The notes: generated from the sequence alone by a model not told the origin. Shown: positions 7,779-17,198, counted from the stretch's first letter. The stretch: 32,000 nucleotides of DNA from Saccharolobus solfataricus (GCF_900079115.1 NZ_LT549890.1:1740001-1772000), one strand, 5' to 3'. Numbers and translations are program-made.

Positions 7779-9041
7779 ATGGAGAAATATATTAAAGATC
7801 CTATATATGGTAATATAAAGGTCGAGTCTAAGCTTATCGACAACCCTTATTTTCAAAGACTTAAACATATTATTCAGAACGGAATGGCGTATATGATATT
7901 CCCGTCAATGAGGCATACAAGGTTTGAGCACTCCTTAGGCACTTATTATATAGCATCTAAAATGATTGATAGAATAGAAGGAAATATTGATAGTGATTTT
8001 AAAGAGATTATCAAAAAACTGGCGCTATATCATGATATAGGCCATTTTCCATTTTCCCACACGTTTGAATTTGCTTTAGACGTCCTTAAGTATTTGAATG
8101 ATGATAAATATAAAGAAATAATTGGACTTACAGAGTATAAAGGACAACTACATAAATTTCATGAAATGATGGGAATAAAGATATTAAAAGATGGATTAGG
8201 CGAAAAGGAAGTTGCTGATCTTATGGAGAACGTATACACAAGTAGTAACCCGTTAGATGATAAGATAAAGATTGCTAAACTTATAGTTAATTCAGATTTA
8301 GATGCTGATAGGCTAGACTATTTGCAGAGGGATTCATATTATTCCGGAGCAAAATTCGGAATTATAGATCCAGAAAGAATAATTATTACAATGACGATTA
8401 CTCCGAAAGGGTACATATTTCCACCAAAGGCAATTGATGATCTTGAACATTTCTTTCTAGCAAGATTTCACATGTATAGTTCTGTTTATAATCATCCTGT
8501 GATTGAAATTTATAATAGAGTTATGTCATATTTTATTGCTTTTGCAATACATAAAGGTCTTCTGAAGATTCCTTCAAACTTAGAAGAGATTAAGACATTT
8601 ACTGACGAACAAGTATTTTTAGCGTTGATTAATGCTAAAAATGATAATGAGCTTTCTCACTTTTATTTCTCTTTAGTGGAAAGGAGGAAATATAAAAGAG
8701 CTGTTTTGCAAGGATCTGAAGCACGTACTTTGCATAAATATTTAACTGAAGACGAAGATGCAAAAGAATTTTACGAGTATATCTTAGGGTATAAAGGAAA
8801 GGTAGTAATAGGTTCTACAGAACTGAAAACTAGTATAGATAACATACAAATAAAGGAAAAACTAGGTAAATATGAGTATCTTAATAACCTCAAAGAAGAG
8901 AGTAGTGTAGTTAAACCGCCAGAAAGATTTAGGGTTCATATAGGCGTTTATGACGATAACGTTGCAAAAGAAATATCTGAATACTTTAGTAAGAATTTTT
9001 CCATTACCCTAGATTTTAGAAATTTAGAGTCTAATCCCTAA
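7779..9041 (+). CDS. HD-domain phosphohydrolase, SAMHD1/dGTPase-like (COG1078-type)
   Basis: 420 aa. RFEHSLGT, LYHDIGHFPFSH and DADRLDYLQRDSYYSG are the H...HD...D metal-binding signature of dNTP triphosphohydrolase-like HD proteins. Confidence 0.8.
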   Translation: MEKYIKDPIYGNIKVESKLIDNPYFQRLKHIIQNGMAYMIFPSMRHTRFEHSLGTYYIASKMIDRIEGNIDSDFKEIIKKLALYHDIGHFPFSHTFEFALDVLKYLNDDKYKEIIGLTEYKGQLHKFHEMMGIKILKDGLGEKEVADLMENVYTSSNPLDDKIKIAKLIVNSDLDADRLDYLQRDSYYSGAKFGIIDPERIIITMTITPKGYIFPPKAIDDLEHFFLARFHMYSSVYNHPVIEIYNRVMSYFIAFAIHKGLLKIPSNLEEIKTFTDEQVFLALINAKNDNELSHFYFSLVERRKYKRAVLQGSEARTLHKYLTEDEDAKEFYEYILGYKGKVVIGSTELKTSIDNIQIKEKLGKYEYLNNLKEESSVVKPPERFRVHIGVYDDNVAKEISEYFSKNFSITLDFRNLESNP

Positions 9042-9365
9042 CTGTGATAGGAGTTTTTTCTCTTCGTCAGTAAATTCTACTTTCTTATTCGCATAATAAT
9101 GCCATAATTTAAGGCTAGCACTTTTTATAATATCTTGTTTGTATGAAGAGAAAAGTTTAACATATTCCTCGCATCTCCCCTTTACATCAGTTATTAATTC
9201 TTCAGTGTATATAATGCAGTCTGTGTCTGGAGCAAAAACATATAAACTATCTCCTTTAGAAGCAGCTATTAAGAATGCCATAGAACTTACTAATTTATTA
9301 TCATTGAAATAGTCTTTCAAGCAATTTATGTATGAAGACGCCCTCCATTTAGTTAGAGAAATCAT
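9024..9365 (-). CDS. Hypothetical protein
   Basis: 113-aa ORF with host-like composition. Convergent with the HD gene, with an 18-nt 3-prime overlap. No recognisable motif. Confidence 0.4.
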   Translation of the reverse strand: MISLTKWRASSYINCLKDYFNDNKLVSSMAFLIAASKGDSLYVFAPDTDCIIYTEELITDVKGRCEEYVKLFSSYKQDIIKSASLKLWHYYANKKVEFTDEEKKLLSQLGIRL

Positions 9366-9546
9366 ATATATAGTATTGTAGGGTAATATTCTAAAGCCTT
9401 GTATCTATATAAGTGGAAATAGAGAGAGAGCAGACCGAAACTAAAAATAGCGTTCTCGTATTATGGTAATAAAAGCCTAAAATCTTTAATACCGTATAGC
9501 ATTCATAGTAAAATCCTTGCACTCTTGAAAAGATGGGAGAAGAGCG

Positions 9547-10354
9547 TTGAGAAAGTTGAACGTGGTTCAAGTTGAGGACGTGAGGGATGCGTTGAGGAAG
9601 ATGGGGAGGATAACGTTAAGGGGAGTCAGGGACAGGAGGGTAGCAGTGGACTTCCATGCCATACCTCAATACCACGCTAACAAGAGTTTCTTGAGTAGGA
9701 TAAAGCCAACTAAGGGGACGTCGTGGGGACTGGTTCAAGCCGCGATCTTCCTCCTGGGGAGCTTCCTGGACGTGATCCCAGTGACCGTGAAGAACGTAGC
9801 TGAAGGTTTCAAGGCGGTGATGGAGGTAATCGTGAAGGAGTTGGAGGAGGACAAGCTGAGGCTCGTCATGGTCTTCGCGGACAGGGAGTTCGCGGTGAAC
9901 GAAGTGATTAGATACCTCTTGGAGTTGGGCTTGGACTTCGTCATATCTGCCAAGGCCCAGATGTACAAGAAGTACAAGGGGATGTTGCAGGATGTGGATG
10001 TGAGTTTTGGCGGAGTTAGATATACTGGATTTCTCTGCGTGAGACATGGGAGTGGAGCTTATCTCATTATCCTGAGGAAGGAAGACGGCAAGATTATTGC
10101 CTTCCTCGTGAGGAGGGAGATGGATCTTTATGATGCCATAGTCCTTGCCGAGATGTATAGGGAGAGGTGGGGGATTGAGAATGCTTTTCGCTCCCTTGAG
10201 GAGTTTAGGGTCAGGACTAGGACTTGTGACGTGAGGAAGGAACTGGTTCTCGTTCTGCTTTCCTATCTTCTCTTGAATGTCTGGTTCTTGATCCGCTCTT
10301 GGAGGAAGGTAAAGTTGTGGGAGTTCTCGGTCTCCCTCTCGAATCTCCTCGATC
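9547..10354 (+). pseudogene. DDE transposase (IS4/IS5-like) truncated by the ISC1217-like insertion
   Basis: MVFADREF and YRERWGIENAFRSLE motifs. The last 8 codons of the tracked ORF are read from the inserted IS end. The frame continues for about 20 codons after 12819. Confidence 0.7.
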
Positions 10355-11044
10355 CGGTAGACCCAAAATCACCTCCATAAAAATAAATCTATAGTATTAA
10401 TAAGTGTTTCCTCAAGATTAAATATAAAATCCTTTAGATCAGATAAATCGTCTAGAAAGCAGAGGATGAGCAGCAATCTAAACTCCTCTCTTGTCATGAC
10501 GTTCTTAAACACGGTGTAAAGCGAGTAGAAGATCATGGCCAGCACGAAGATCAACTCGCGGAAGATGAACTTGGTGGAGCTCGTGAAGGGAAGGAAGGCC
10601 TTGATGTTCCTGTAAGACGTCTCAATGGGACTCCTAACCTTGTTGTACAACTTCAGCACTTCCCTCTTGGGTAGGTCGAGGTTGGTCGCCCTCGCGAAGT
10701 ACACCACGGTCTTCTTCCTCTTCTTAACGATTTCCTTACCATACACCAGGAGTCTGAACTTGACCTGCTCTTCCTTCTTATACCTCTTACTGTTTGTCGT
10801 GTACTCTCCGTCGAACTCCTCGTAGATCTTCACGTCCCCCACAGGGACTCCTATCACGAACTTGAACTGCGATATGAACTTGAGGACTTCCACGGTGTAG
10901 AATCCCGCGTCCAAGGTTACGAGCCCCACCTTGAGGCCCATTCCCACAATTTGCTCCATGAGAAGCTTCACGATCTCATCCTTGCTCATCCCGTTAACTT
11001 GGGGAACGAAAGCTAGGAGGAGCACCATATTCTGATACTTCGTG

Positions 11045-12271
11045 AGAGTGTCCGGAATGTAATTATCTGAACGAATAGATAAACAGAATGATAAATATTA
11101 ATATTGCCAGAAGGGTGAAACCCGGATAACCGAGAAAAACTTTATAATGGAAAAATATCAAGACGAGAGGATTTACCTATCGCGCATAGCGTTGCCTGAT
11201 CGCGAGGAGGCGCGTCTCAGAGCTGAACGGCTCTACGTCCTGGAGGAGTCCTCCGTTGGATCGCGAGGAACATCTTGATGTTGTAGATCACTCCCAGGAC
11301 GTGAAGGAAGACGTCGTTCCTCCAGGTCGTGGTCCCGTAGGGCCTCCAGAACGCGTTCAGGTAGGTGCCGAAGAACTCCACGTGGGCCCTCAGGGTAGTG
11401 AAGGGCTTCTCCCGCGCTATGAGCTGTGTCGGGGAGGGAGAGAATCCCCTGTCCGCGATCTTAATCCCCTTGAGCGGTGACTTGAACCTCTTGTCCGAGA
11501 AGTTGGCTGGCTTCACCGTGATGGACCTCACGAAGAGGGAGACGGAGATCACGGCCACTGCCTTGAGCCCGTAGTGCGAGACCCCTCTCTTCTTGGTCCA
11601 CCTTCCCTCGAACCTCCTCTTGGTTCTCCCCAGGGAGAGCAGCTTCCTGGCCCTCTCCAGGTTACCTTCCCTCCTCTCCAGCTCCGCCTTCTCCCGAAAG
11701 GTCTCCACGCTCCTCTTCCCAGGAGGTAAGTCCAGTAGGAAGGAGTCCACTAGCCACGCCATGAAGTCCACGAGATGCGCGCTCGCAGGGAGGTAACTGG
11801 GTAGGCACTTCTCCTCAAGCTTGAAGGAAATCTCCAACAACTTCTTCCTCACCCCGTACAACCTGCCCACGAAGTCGTGCAGCGTGCTCTTCCCCACCTT
11901 CCTCCCCACGAACCAGGCCACGACCACGTTCACGTTGACCATTTTCACCGCGTCCCTATAGGAGCAAGAGTAGAGCACCATGACGATTAACAACTTCAGG
12001 TAAACCAGCGCACCCTCGCCCAGAACCCTCTCCAAATCCATGGTGTCCAGCACGGGCTTGATCTCCGTTAACCATTTTTCCCTCCACGGCATATCCTCTA
12101 TTGGGGGAAGAGGGTAGTACATCAGGTTTGGTATGTGTCTTAATGTTCTTGCCATGGTACTACCCTCTACTCCCATAACTTAAGTGTTACTCCAATTTAA
12201 TCCAAGATAATACTAGAAACCAATTTATTCTTGCCAATAAAAATTCAATTTTTTACATTCCGGACACTCTC
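11045..12271 (-). mobile_element. ISC1225-like IS, copy 1
   Basis: Terminal IRs (g)agagtgtccggaatgtaa. 8-bp target duplication acttcgtg at 11037-11044 and 12272-12279. 1227 bp by my count. Confidence 0.85.
11217..12176 (-). CDS. Transposase of the ISC1225-like element (intact)
   Basis: 319-aa ORF. It differs at 4 residues from the copy at 19489-20448. Candidate DDE residues lie in WLVDSF, KIADRGF and AHVEFFG. Confidence 0.85.
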   Translation of the reverse strand: MGVEGSTMARTLRHIPNLMYYPLPPIEDMPWREKWLTEIKPVLDTMDLERVLGEGALVYLKLLIVMVLYSCSYRDAVKMVNVNVVVAWFVGRKVGKSTLHDFVGRLYGVRKKLLEISFKLEEKCLPSYLPASAHLVDFMAWLVDSFLLDLPPGKRSVETFREKAELERREGNLERARKLLSLGRTKRRFEGRWTKKRGVSHYGLKAVAVISVSLFVRSITVKPANFSDKRFKSPLKGIKIADRGFSPSPTQLIAREKPFTTLRAHVEFFGTYLNAFWRPYGTTTWRNDVFLHVLGVIYNIKMFLAIQRRTPPGRRAVQL

Positions 12272-13268
12272 ACTTCGTGGTCGCGGTAGCGTAGTTCCAC
12301 GAGTTCCCCTTGGCTGAACTACCCAGTCCCTCCACCGGCTTACCATACCACGTCTTGGTTGTCCAGTCTATGGAGATGTCGACTTCCTTCACTCCCTTGA
12401 GTATCTCCATGGAAATCCTCCTCATGGACTCTAATAGCTTCTCGATCACCTCAGTTCCCTGCTCCTCCACGTAGTTCCTCACGGTCTGTGGTGACACGTT
12501 ATACCCTTTGGACTTGCTTTCCACGGAGTCGTTCCACAAGCACGCGGAGACCAGAACTCTCGATACCTCCTCAGCCTTTCTTCCCTTGAAGCTCAACATG
12601 GAAAGTAATTTATACCCTACTTGTTGTATATTATTTTGGTGGGGAAGACCAGGTGTTATCACCTTGTCTTCACCACGTGATAATACCGGCTTCCTCACCT
12701 TAAATCTTTCTTCAATTAGTTGCGTTCTTGTTAAAGCTATAAATTCTATTATTTTTCAGAATCTGATATTACCCAACCAAAATTATTTTTTGTAAAATGA
12801 TTTTGGGTCTACCGGATCGGGAGGTAAGAGTGGAACAAGAACGCGCGTTCCGTGAAGTGAAGACGTCACTCCCCTAGACTCCAGCTAACCCTATGCACCT
12901 CCTTCCAGCTACGTGAAATTAATTCTATATATTTATATTCTGCTATTGAAAACTGACTTATTAACTGTCATTTTCATAAAATATATGCAGCTATATTTGA
13001 ATAAAACTGGTGCGGTTCAATCTTACATATATTATCATTTATATCAGAAAAATGAGATTCCCATACTGACATCAAAAGGATAAGCGAGATCTCTCCTAAA
13101 ACTAAGTTATACTCGCTTCTTTTACATCCGGACCAAGCTGGTAATTCACCTTTAGAGATTTTAATAAAGGCTCTAGCTCTAGATAATAAAGTATATAACG
13201 ATATTGAGAGAGGCAATGTAGAAGACCTTGTTAACAATGTTAAAGAACTTGAAATAAAACTTGGTGAG

Positions 13269-14015
13269 TTGAAGTCAGTAATGAACAAGATAGATAAAGA
13301 CGAAGCGTTGGAGCTATATAGGTTAACGAATTTTATAAATAGTGAAAATTTAATTACCAGTTTAGAGAAAAGGTTAGATAATTACAAGTTATATTTGGCT
13401 AATTTGCTGTATAATAATTATAGCCCTAATGAGGATTTAAGAAGTGCTTTAAAATTGCTTGATAGTTTAACTTTGAGCAGATGTCAATTCTTAATTGGCC
13501 ACAAAAAATTCCTATTCATGGAAGATGATATTAATGACCTTCTTTTCTGCTATAATATAAAGTTAGCTAAATCATTAATAATGGGGAATAAATACGATTA
13601 TAAGATTACCCGAAGCGACATAATTGAATTATCGGATATTTACGAGGATTTTAATTTTATACAAAATAATGCAATTATTGCGAAAATAGCACTAGGATAC
13701 AAGGAAGATTACTTAAAAAAGCATATTAATCTAACGCCCTTAGCGTTAGGAGCATTAGCATTAACTGGTGATGAGTTCCACAAGGACATATTTAATTCAA
13801 TAATAGAATCAATTGTGGAAAAATATGGAGAGGAATCTCTTCTCTACACTACTGCAATGAGAGAGTCTTATATGATCTATTTACTACTACACGGTAAAGA
13901 CATATCTAAAATTAAAATTAATGAAGCTTATCGTATGGATATCTCCTCTGTGTTAGCTCGCAAGTTCTTATTAAATTATAAACAAAGATACTTAGCATCA
14001 TTAGTTCTTTTTTAA
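13269..14015 (+). CDS. Hypothetical alpha-helical protein, possibly 5-prime truncated or frameshifted
   Basis: 248-aa ORF. The same frame is open back to 13056 without a start codon. A 32-codon ATG ORF (12985-13083) sits in the +1-offset frame. Confidence 0.5.
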   Translation: MKSVMNKIDKDEALELYRLTNFINSENLITSLEKRLDNYKLYLANLLYNNYSPNEDLRSALKLLDSLTLSRCQFLIGHKKFLFMEDDINDLLFCYNIKLAKSLIMGNKYDYKITRSDIIELSDIYEDFNFIQNNAIIAKIALGYKEDYLKKHINLTPLALGALALTGDEFHKDIFNSIIESIVEKYGEESLLYTTAMRESYMIYLLLHGKDISKIKINEAYRMDISSVLARKFLLNYKQRYLASLVLF

Positions 14016-14134
14016 TCATACATAATTTTTATCTATTTATATATCCGTGGTAGTGTTTAGTTGATCTGTTGAGTATTTTTTTACATTAAATCACTATTAT
14101 CTTCCTTTCAATTAATCTCAAGGTCTACAATTTA

Positions 14135-14190
14135 GGCTTGTGAGATCTCTTAACTCTTTGGGAAAATTCAACAAGTCCACAAAGCATCGT
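14135..14190 (+). repeat. Intergenic repeat motif, copy 2
   Basis: See 5122-5160. Here it is split by an 18-nt insert, gatctcttaactctttgg. Confidence 0.4.
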
Positions 14191-14278
14191 AATAGTTATC
14201 AATTAAATACCTATTGTGGGGTCTTTGTGATAATACTTTTAACTTTTATAAATATAAGTATTCATAGGGTAAAGGAAC

Positions 14279-15265
14279 GTGAGTGAAGAGATAATAAATG
14301 AAATCATAAGCAACCCTAGATTGCTTGATAAAATAACTTCGGTAATTTACGAGAAGATGAAAAATGATATAATTCTACAGCGGCTAACTAAGCTAGAAGA
14401 GACTGTTGCAACTCTGACGAGGACTGTGCAAGAAAATAACCAACAAATAGTGTTGATTTGGAAAAAATTGGATGAGATGGAAAATGAAATGAGAAAAAGA
14501 GATAGTATTCTAGAAGAACACTCAAAAAGAATAGAAGAACTAACAAAGAGAGTGGAGGAATTAGCTAAGAGGGTAGAAGAGCACTCAAAAATTCTAGAAG
14601 AACACTCAAAAAGAATAGAAGAACTTTCTAAAAGAATAGAAGAGCACTCAAAAATTCTAGAAGAACACTCAAAAAGAATAGAAGAACTAACAAAGAGAGT
14701 GGAGGAATTAGCTAAGAGGGTAGAAGAGCACTCAAAAATTCTAGAAGAACACTCAAAAAGAATAGAAGAACTTTCTAAAAGAATAGAAGAGCACTCAAAA
14801 ATTCTAGAAGAACACTCAAAAAGAATAGAAGAACTAACAAAGGCTTTTTTGATGCTGAAAGTTAGTTTCGATTCTTTTACTTCTAGAGCTGGAATTTACG
14901 TACAGAGAACTCTCATGGAGCTTTATAAAGAGGCTTTGAAGTCACATGGCGTCGATCCTTCCAATGTTAAACATGGTTATATTGTGGACGATATTGGTGT
15001 TATTGAGAAGGGTAGGAGATTTGAGGTTGATTTTTATGAAACTAACGATGAGATTCGTCTGTTCGAGATAAAGAATTTGGGTGATATGGATGGAATAGAA
15101 CAGCTGATTGTAAGGAGGAGAATTTTAGAGTCAAAGGGTAATAAGAAACAAATAAAGATGTACTTGGTTTGCAATTCTATACCGAAAAAGGTGTTATTAA
15201 AGGCGAAAAAAGAAGGAATTGTAGTTATTGCTGGGAACATTTTAGGTGAGAGAAGTAGTTATTAA
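14279..15265 (+). CDS. Coiled-coil protein with a C-terminal PD-(D/E)XK-like domain (archaeal COG5493/DUF1626-like)
   Basis: 328 aa. The central region is EEHSKRIEEL(T/S)KR(V/I)EE heptad-like repeats. The C-terminus RFEVDFYETNDEIRLFEIK fits a D...E-x-K nuclease-fold motif. The family assignment is from memory. Confidence 0.65.
   Translation: MSEEIINEIISNPRLLDKITSVIYEKMKNDIILQRLTKLEETVATLTRTVQENNQQIVLIWKKLDEMENEMRKRDSILEEHSKRIEELTKRVEELAKRVEEHSKILEEHSKRIEELSKRIEEHSKILEEHSKRIEELTKRVEELAKRVEEHSKILEEHSKRIEELSKRIEEHSKILEEHSKRIEELTKAFLMLKVSFDSFTSRAGIYVQRTLMELYKEALKSHGVDPSNVKHGYIVDDIGVIEKGRRFEVDFYETNDEIRLFEIKNLGDMDGIEQLIVRRRILESKGNKKQIKMYLVCNSIPKKVLLKAKKEGIVVIAGNILGERSSY
14507..14841 (+). repeat. 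Perfect 147-bp tandem repeat, 2.3 copies, inside the coiled-coil gene
   Basis: Units start at 14507, 14654 and 14801 and are identical base for base. Each unit is built from 84-nt and 63-nt sub-repeats. Confidence 0.9.
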
Positions 15266-15752
15266 GATTATGCGGAAACATGTTGTTGTCTCTAGCTTTT
15301 TCACCTCTTCTCTTAAAATTTTTAAGATTTAGTCTAATCTAGAATCTATTACGGCAAATCTGCTATTTCAAACGCATGAAACTATTAACTGCACCCATAA
15401 TACATGTAAGTTAACTTAATATTCGCCTTGGCTGCGTGCGGTGACAATTTCATTTATTTGAAACTTGTTTTAATTCCTCCAATGCCACTTTCATCAAATC
15501 TTCAATTATATAGCAAAAATCTGAAAAAGATTAAGAATTATGATATCTTCTTCTTTATCAACAGTAAATTATACATTAAATTGACAATAAATGAATATTT
15601 TGTATAATTTATACTAAATCAACAAAATCGTTCTCTACATACTCTCGGCTTAAAATAATGGACTTTAACACTCACAAAAGTTTTTATACGAAACAAATAT
15701 AAGGTTTGGGTAGAATGTAAAGGTAAAGGGTAATTTAAAAACTTTTCCTTAA

Positions 15753-15787
15753 GTGCAAAAGTTGCACAATTCAGTAGAGATATAAAT
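15753..15787 (+). promoter_or_regulatory. Candidate operator palindrome plus TATA box upstream of the rhodanese gene
   Basis: gtgcaa-aag-ttgcac at 15753-15767 is followed by atataaat at 15780-15787, about 33 nt upstream of the ATG at 15820. Confidence 0.25.
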
Positions 15788-15819
15788 GACAAATCTCAAT
15801 ATATACTAGGGATTTAAAG

Positions 15820-16701
15820 ATGAGCCAAACTTTACAACAAGGCGTAATTGTAGATAATAAATGGGTATTAGAGCACTTAAAGGACCCTAATGTAAGAATT
15901 GTCGAAGTAGACTACGATCCAAACACGGCATATAACGTATGGCATATTCCAGGCTCAGTTCTCATAAGATGGAGGGAGGATTTAAGGCATCCTGTGTTAA
16001 GGGATTTTATAGAACCTAGTCAATTTGAAAAATTAATGGAAAGTAAAGGGATAAGTAACAATACAACAATTGTGCTATACGGTGACTACAATAATTGGTT
16101 CGCGGTCTATGCATTTTGGTTATTTAAGGCTTATGGACATGAGGATGTAAGAATATTAAATGGCGGAAGAACAAAGTGGGCTAAGGAGAACTTACCAACA
16201 GAGCAAGGACCTAAGGAAACTCAATACCCCAAGGGTAGCTATAAAGTTAAAAAAGTAGATTGGGGAAATCATAGGGCATTCTTCTGGGAGATCCTTCAAA
16301 AGGTTACTAAGGGAGAGATAGGGAAAACTACATTATTAATTGACGTGAGATCTCCTAAAGAATTTACTGGCGAAATTAGAGCCCCACCGGAATACGCTGA
16401 TGAGCAAACTCAAGTAGGTGGACATATACCCGGAGCTATAAGTTTTCCATGGGCTCAAGCTGTTAATCCAGATACTGGAGAGTTTAAGTCCGTAGAGGAA
16501 TTAAGAAGATTAGTAGAGAATGTAGGTATAACCTCAGATAAAGAAATAATAACGTATTGCAGAATAGGGGAAAGAGCTTCTCATACATGGTTTGTATTAA
16601 AGTATTTATTAGGGTATCCATCAGTTAGAGTTTATGACGGCTCTTGGGCTGAATGGGGAAATATAGTTGGAGCTCCAGTGAAGAAAGGAGCTGAACCATG
16701 A
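15820..16701 (+). CDS. Two-domain rhodanese (thiosulfate/3-mercaptopyruvate sulfurtransferase family)
   Basis: 293 aa with tandem rhodanese architecture. The active-site loop is CRIGERASH in the C-terminal domain. Confidence 0.85.
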   Translation: MSQTLQQGVIVDNKWVLEHLKDPNVRIVEVDYDPNTAYNVWHIPGSVLIRWREDLRHPVLRDFIEPSQFEKLMESKGISNNTTIVLYGDYNNWFAVYAFWLFKAYGHEDVRILNGGRTKWAKENLPTEQGPKETQYPKGSYKVKKVDWGNHRAFFWEILQKVTKGEIGKTTLLIDVRSPKEFTGEIRAPPEYADEQTQVGGHIPGAISFPWAQAVNPDTGEFKSVEELRRLVENVGITSDKEIITYCRIGERASHTWFVLKYLLGYPSVRVYDGSWAEWGNIVGAPVKKGAEP

Positions 16702-16958
16702 AGGTAATTGAGAAAATAAAATTGGATAGAACTGAGAGTTGCGGATCTAAAAGTCCATTATCAATAATGTTAGATGCAATAAGGAAAATAAAAGAATGCG
16801 ATGAAAGTGTGGAAATTCTAATGAATGATTATGATTGGCTATTAAGCCTAAAATATATCTTACAAGTAAATGATAAGAAAATGAAAGTTGAAGAGAAAGG
16901 TAGTGAAGAACATTACCTAAAAGTAGAAGTGTCAATGGACTGTTCTCAATCTAATTGA
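16698..16958 (+). CDS. Small TusA/SirA-like protein with a degenerate Cys motif
   Basis: 86 aa. LDRTESCGSKSPLSIMLDAIRKI aligns by eye to the LDxxGxxCPxP helix-start motif of TusA. An ATGA start-stop overlap couples it to the rhodanese gene. Confidence 0.45.
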   Translation: MKVIEKIKLDRTESCGSKSPLSIMLDAIRKIKECDESVEILMNDYDWLLSLKYILQVNDKKMKVEEKGSEEHYLKVEVSMDCSQSN

Positions 16959-17068
16959 GCCATATACAAATTCAATCTCAAATATTTTTTAATAATCTTG
17001 AATAATTAAGAACGGATTATATTATATTAGTAAAAAAATTTATTTAAAATTCTATCTTTTATACTATC

Positions 17069-17165
17069 TGTGACCTTCTCACCTCCCCTTAGGCAACTCA
17101 CAAGTTTTACCTTCATCTTCATCACTTCATAACTAGTGGAATTAACTAACCTCACTACGCTCATC
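17069..17165 (+). repeat. Diverged intergenic repeat family, copy A
   Basis: About 65-70 percent similar by eye to 24566-24680. Shared blocks are tgacct, ttagg, tcac, agttttacc, acttca.a.ctagt.g.att and cct.a. Confidence 0.35.
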
Positions 17166-17198
17166 TTTGTTAATGGATAAAAAATTTACAACTAACAC

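Larger units (their letters stand above)
10369..12698 (-). pseudogene. ISC1217-like transposase split in two (12270-12698 N-terminal part, 10369-11028 C-terminal part)
   Basis: The two ORFs are collinear with copy A. The break falls between ...NYATATTK and YQNMVLLLAF, exactly at the ISC1225-like insertion. Confidence 0.85.
10355..12814 (-). mobile_element. ISC1217-like IS, copy B, carrying an ISC1225-like insertion
   Basis: Same termini as copy A. gatc is duplicated at 10351-10354 and 12815-12818. About 1.22 kb after subtracting the 1235-bp insert plus its duplication. Confidence 0.8.
9379..12893 (+). mobile_element. Outer IS of a three-level nest (about 1.05 kb without its passengers; possibly ISC1058-type)
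   Basis: The transposase ORF is interrupted at 10354 and resumes at 12819. The ends are only weakly supported by tagggtaa (9379) and taacccta (12893). The name rests on length alone. Confidence 0.35.

Noticed and set aside
12974-13288. 104-aa minus-strand ORF upstream of the 248-aa gene.
   Set aside because: It is a Ser/Leu-rich low-complexity product. The plus strand over the same span is open in the frame of the downstream gene, which is the more plausible coding reading.
15266-15819. Unusually long 554-bp intergenic region with a local GC-rich patch, cgccttggctgcgtgcggtgac, near 15424-15445.
   Set aside because: I could find no extended stem-loops, repeats or conserved boxes. The only ORF over the patch is about 22 codons. 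It is noted as a place to check in RNA-seq, but there is nothing to claim.
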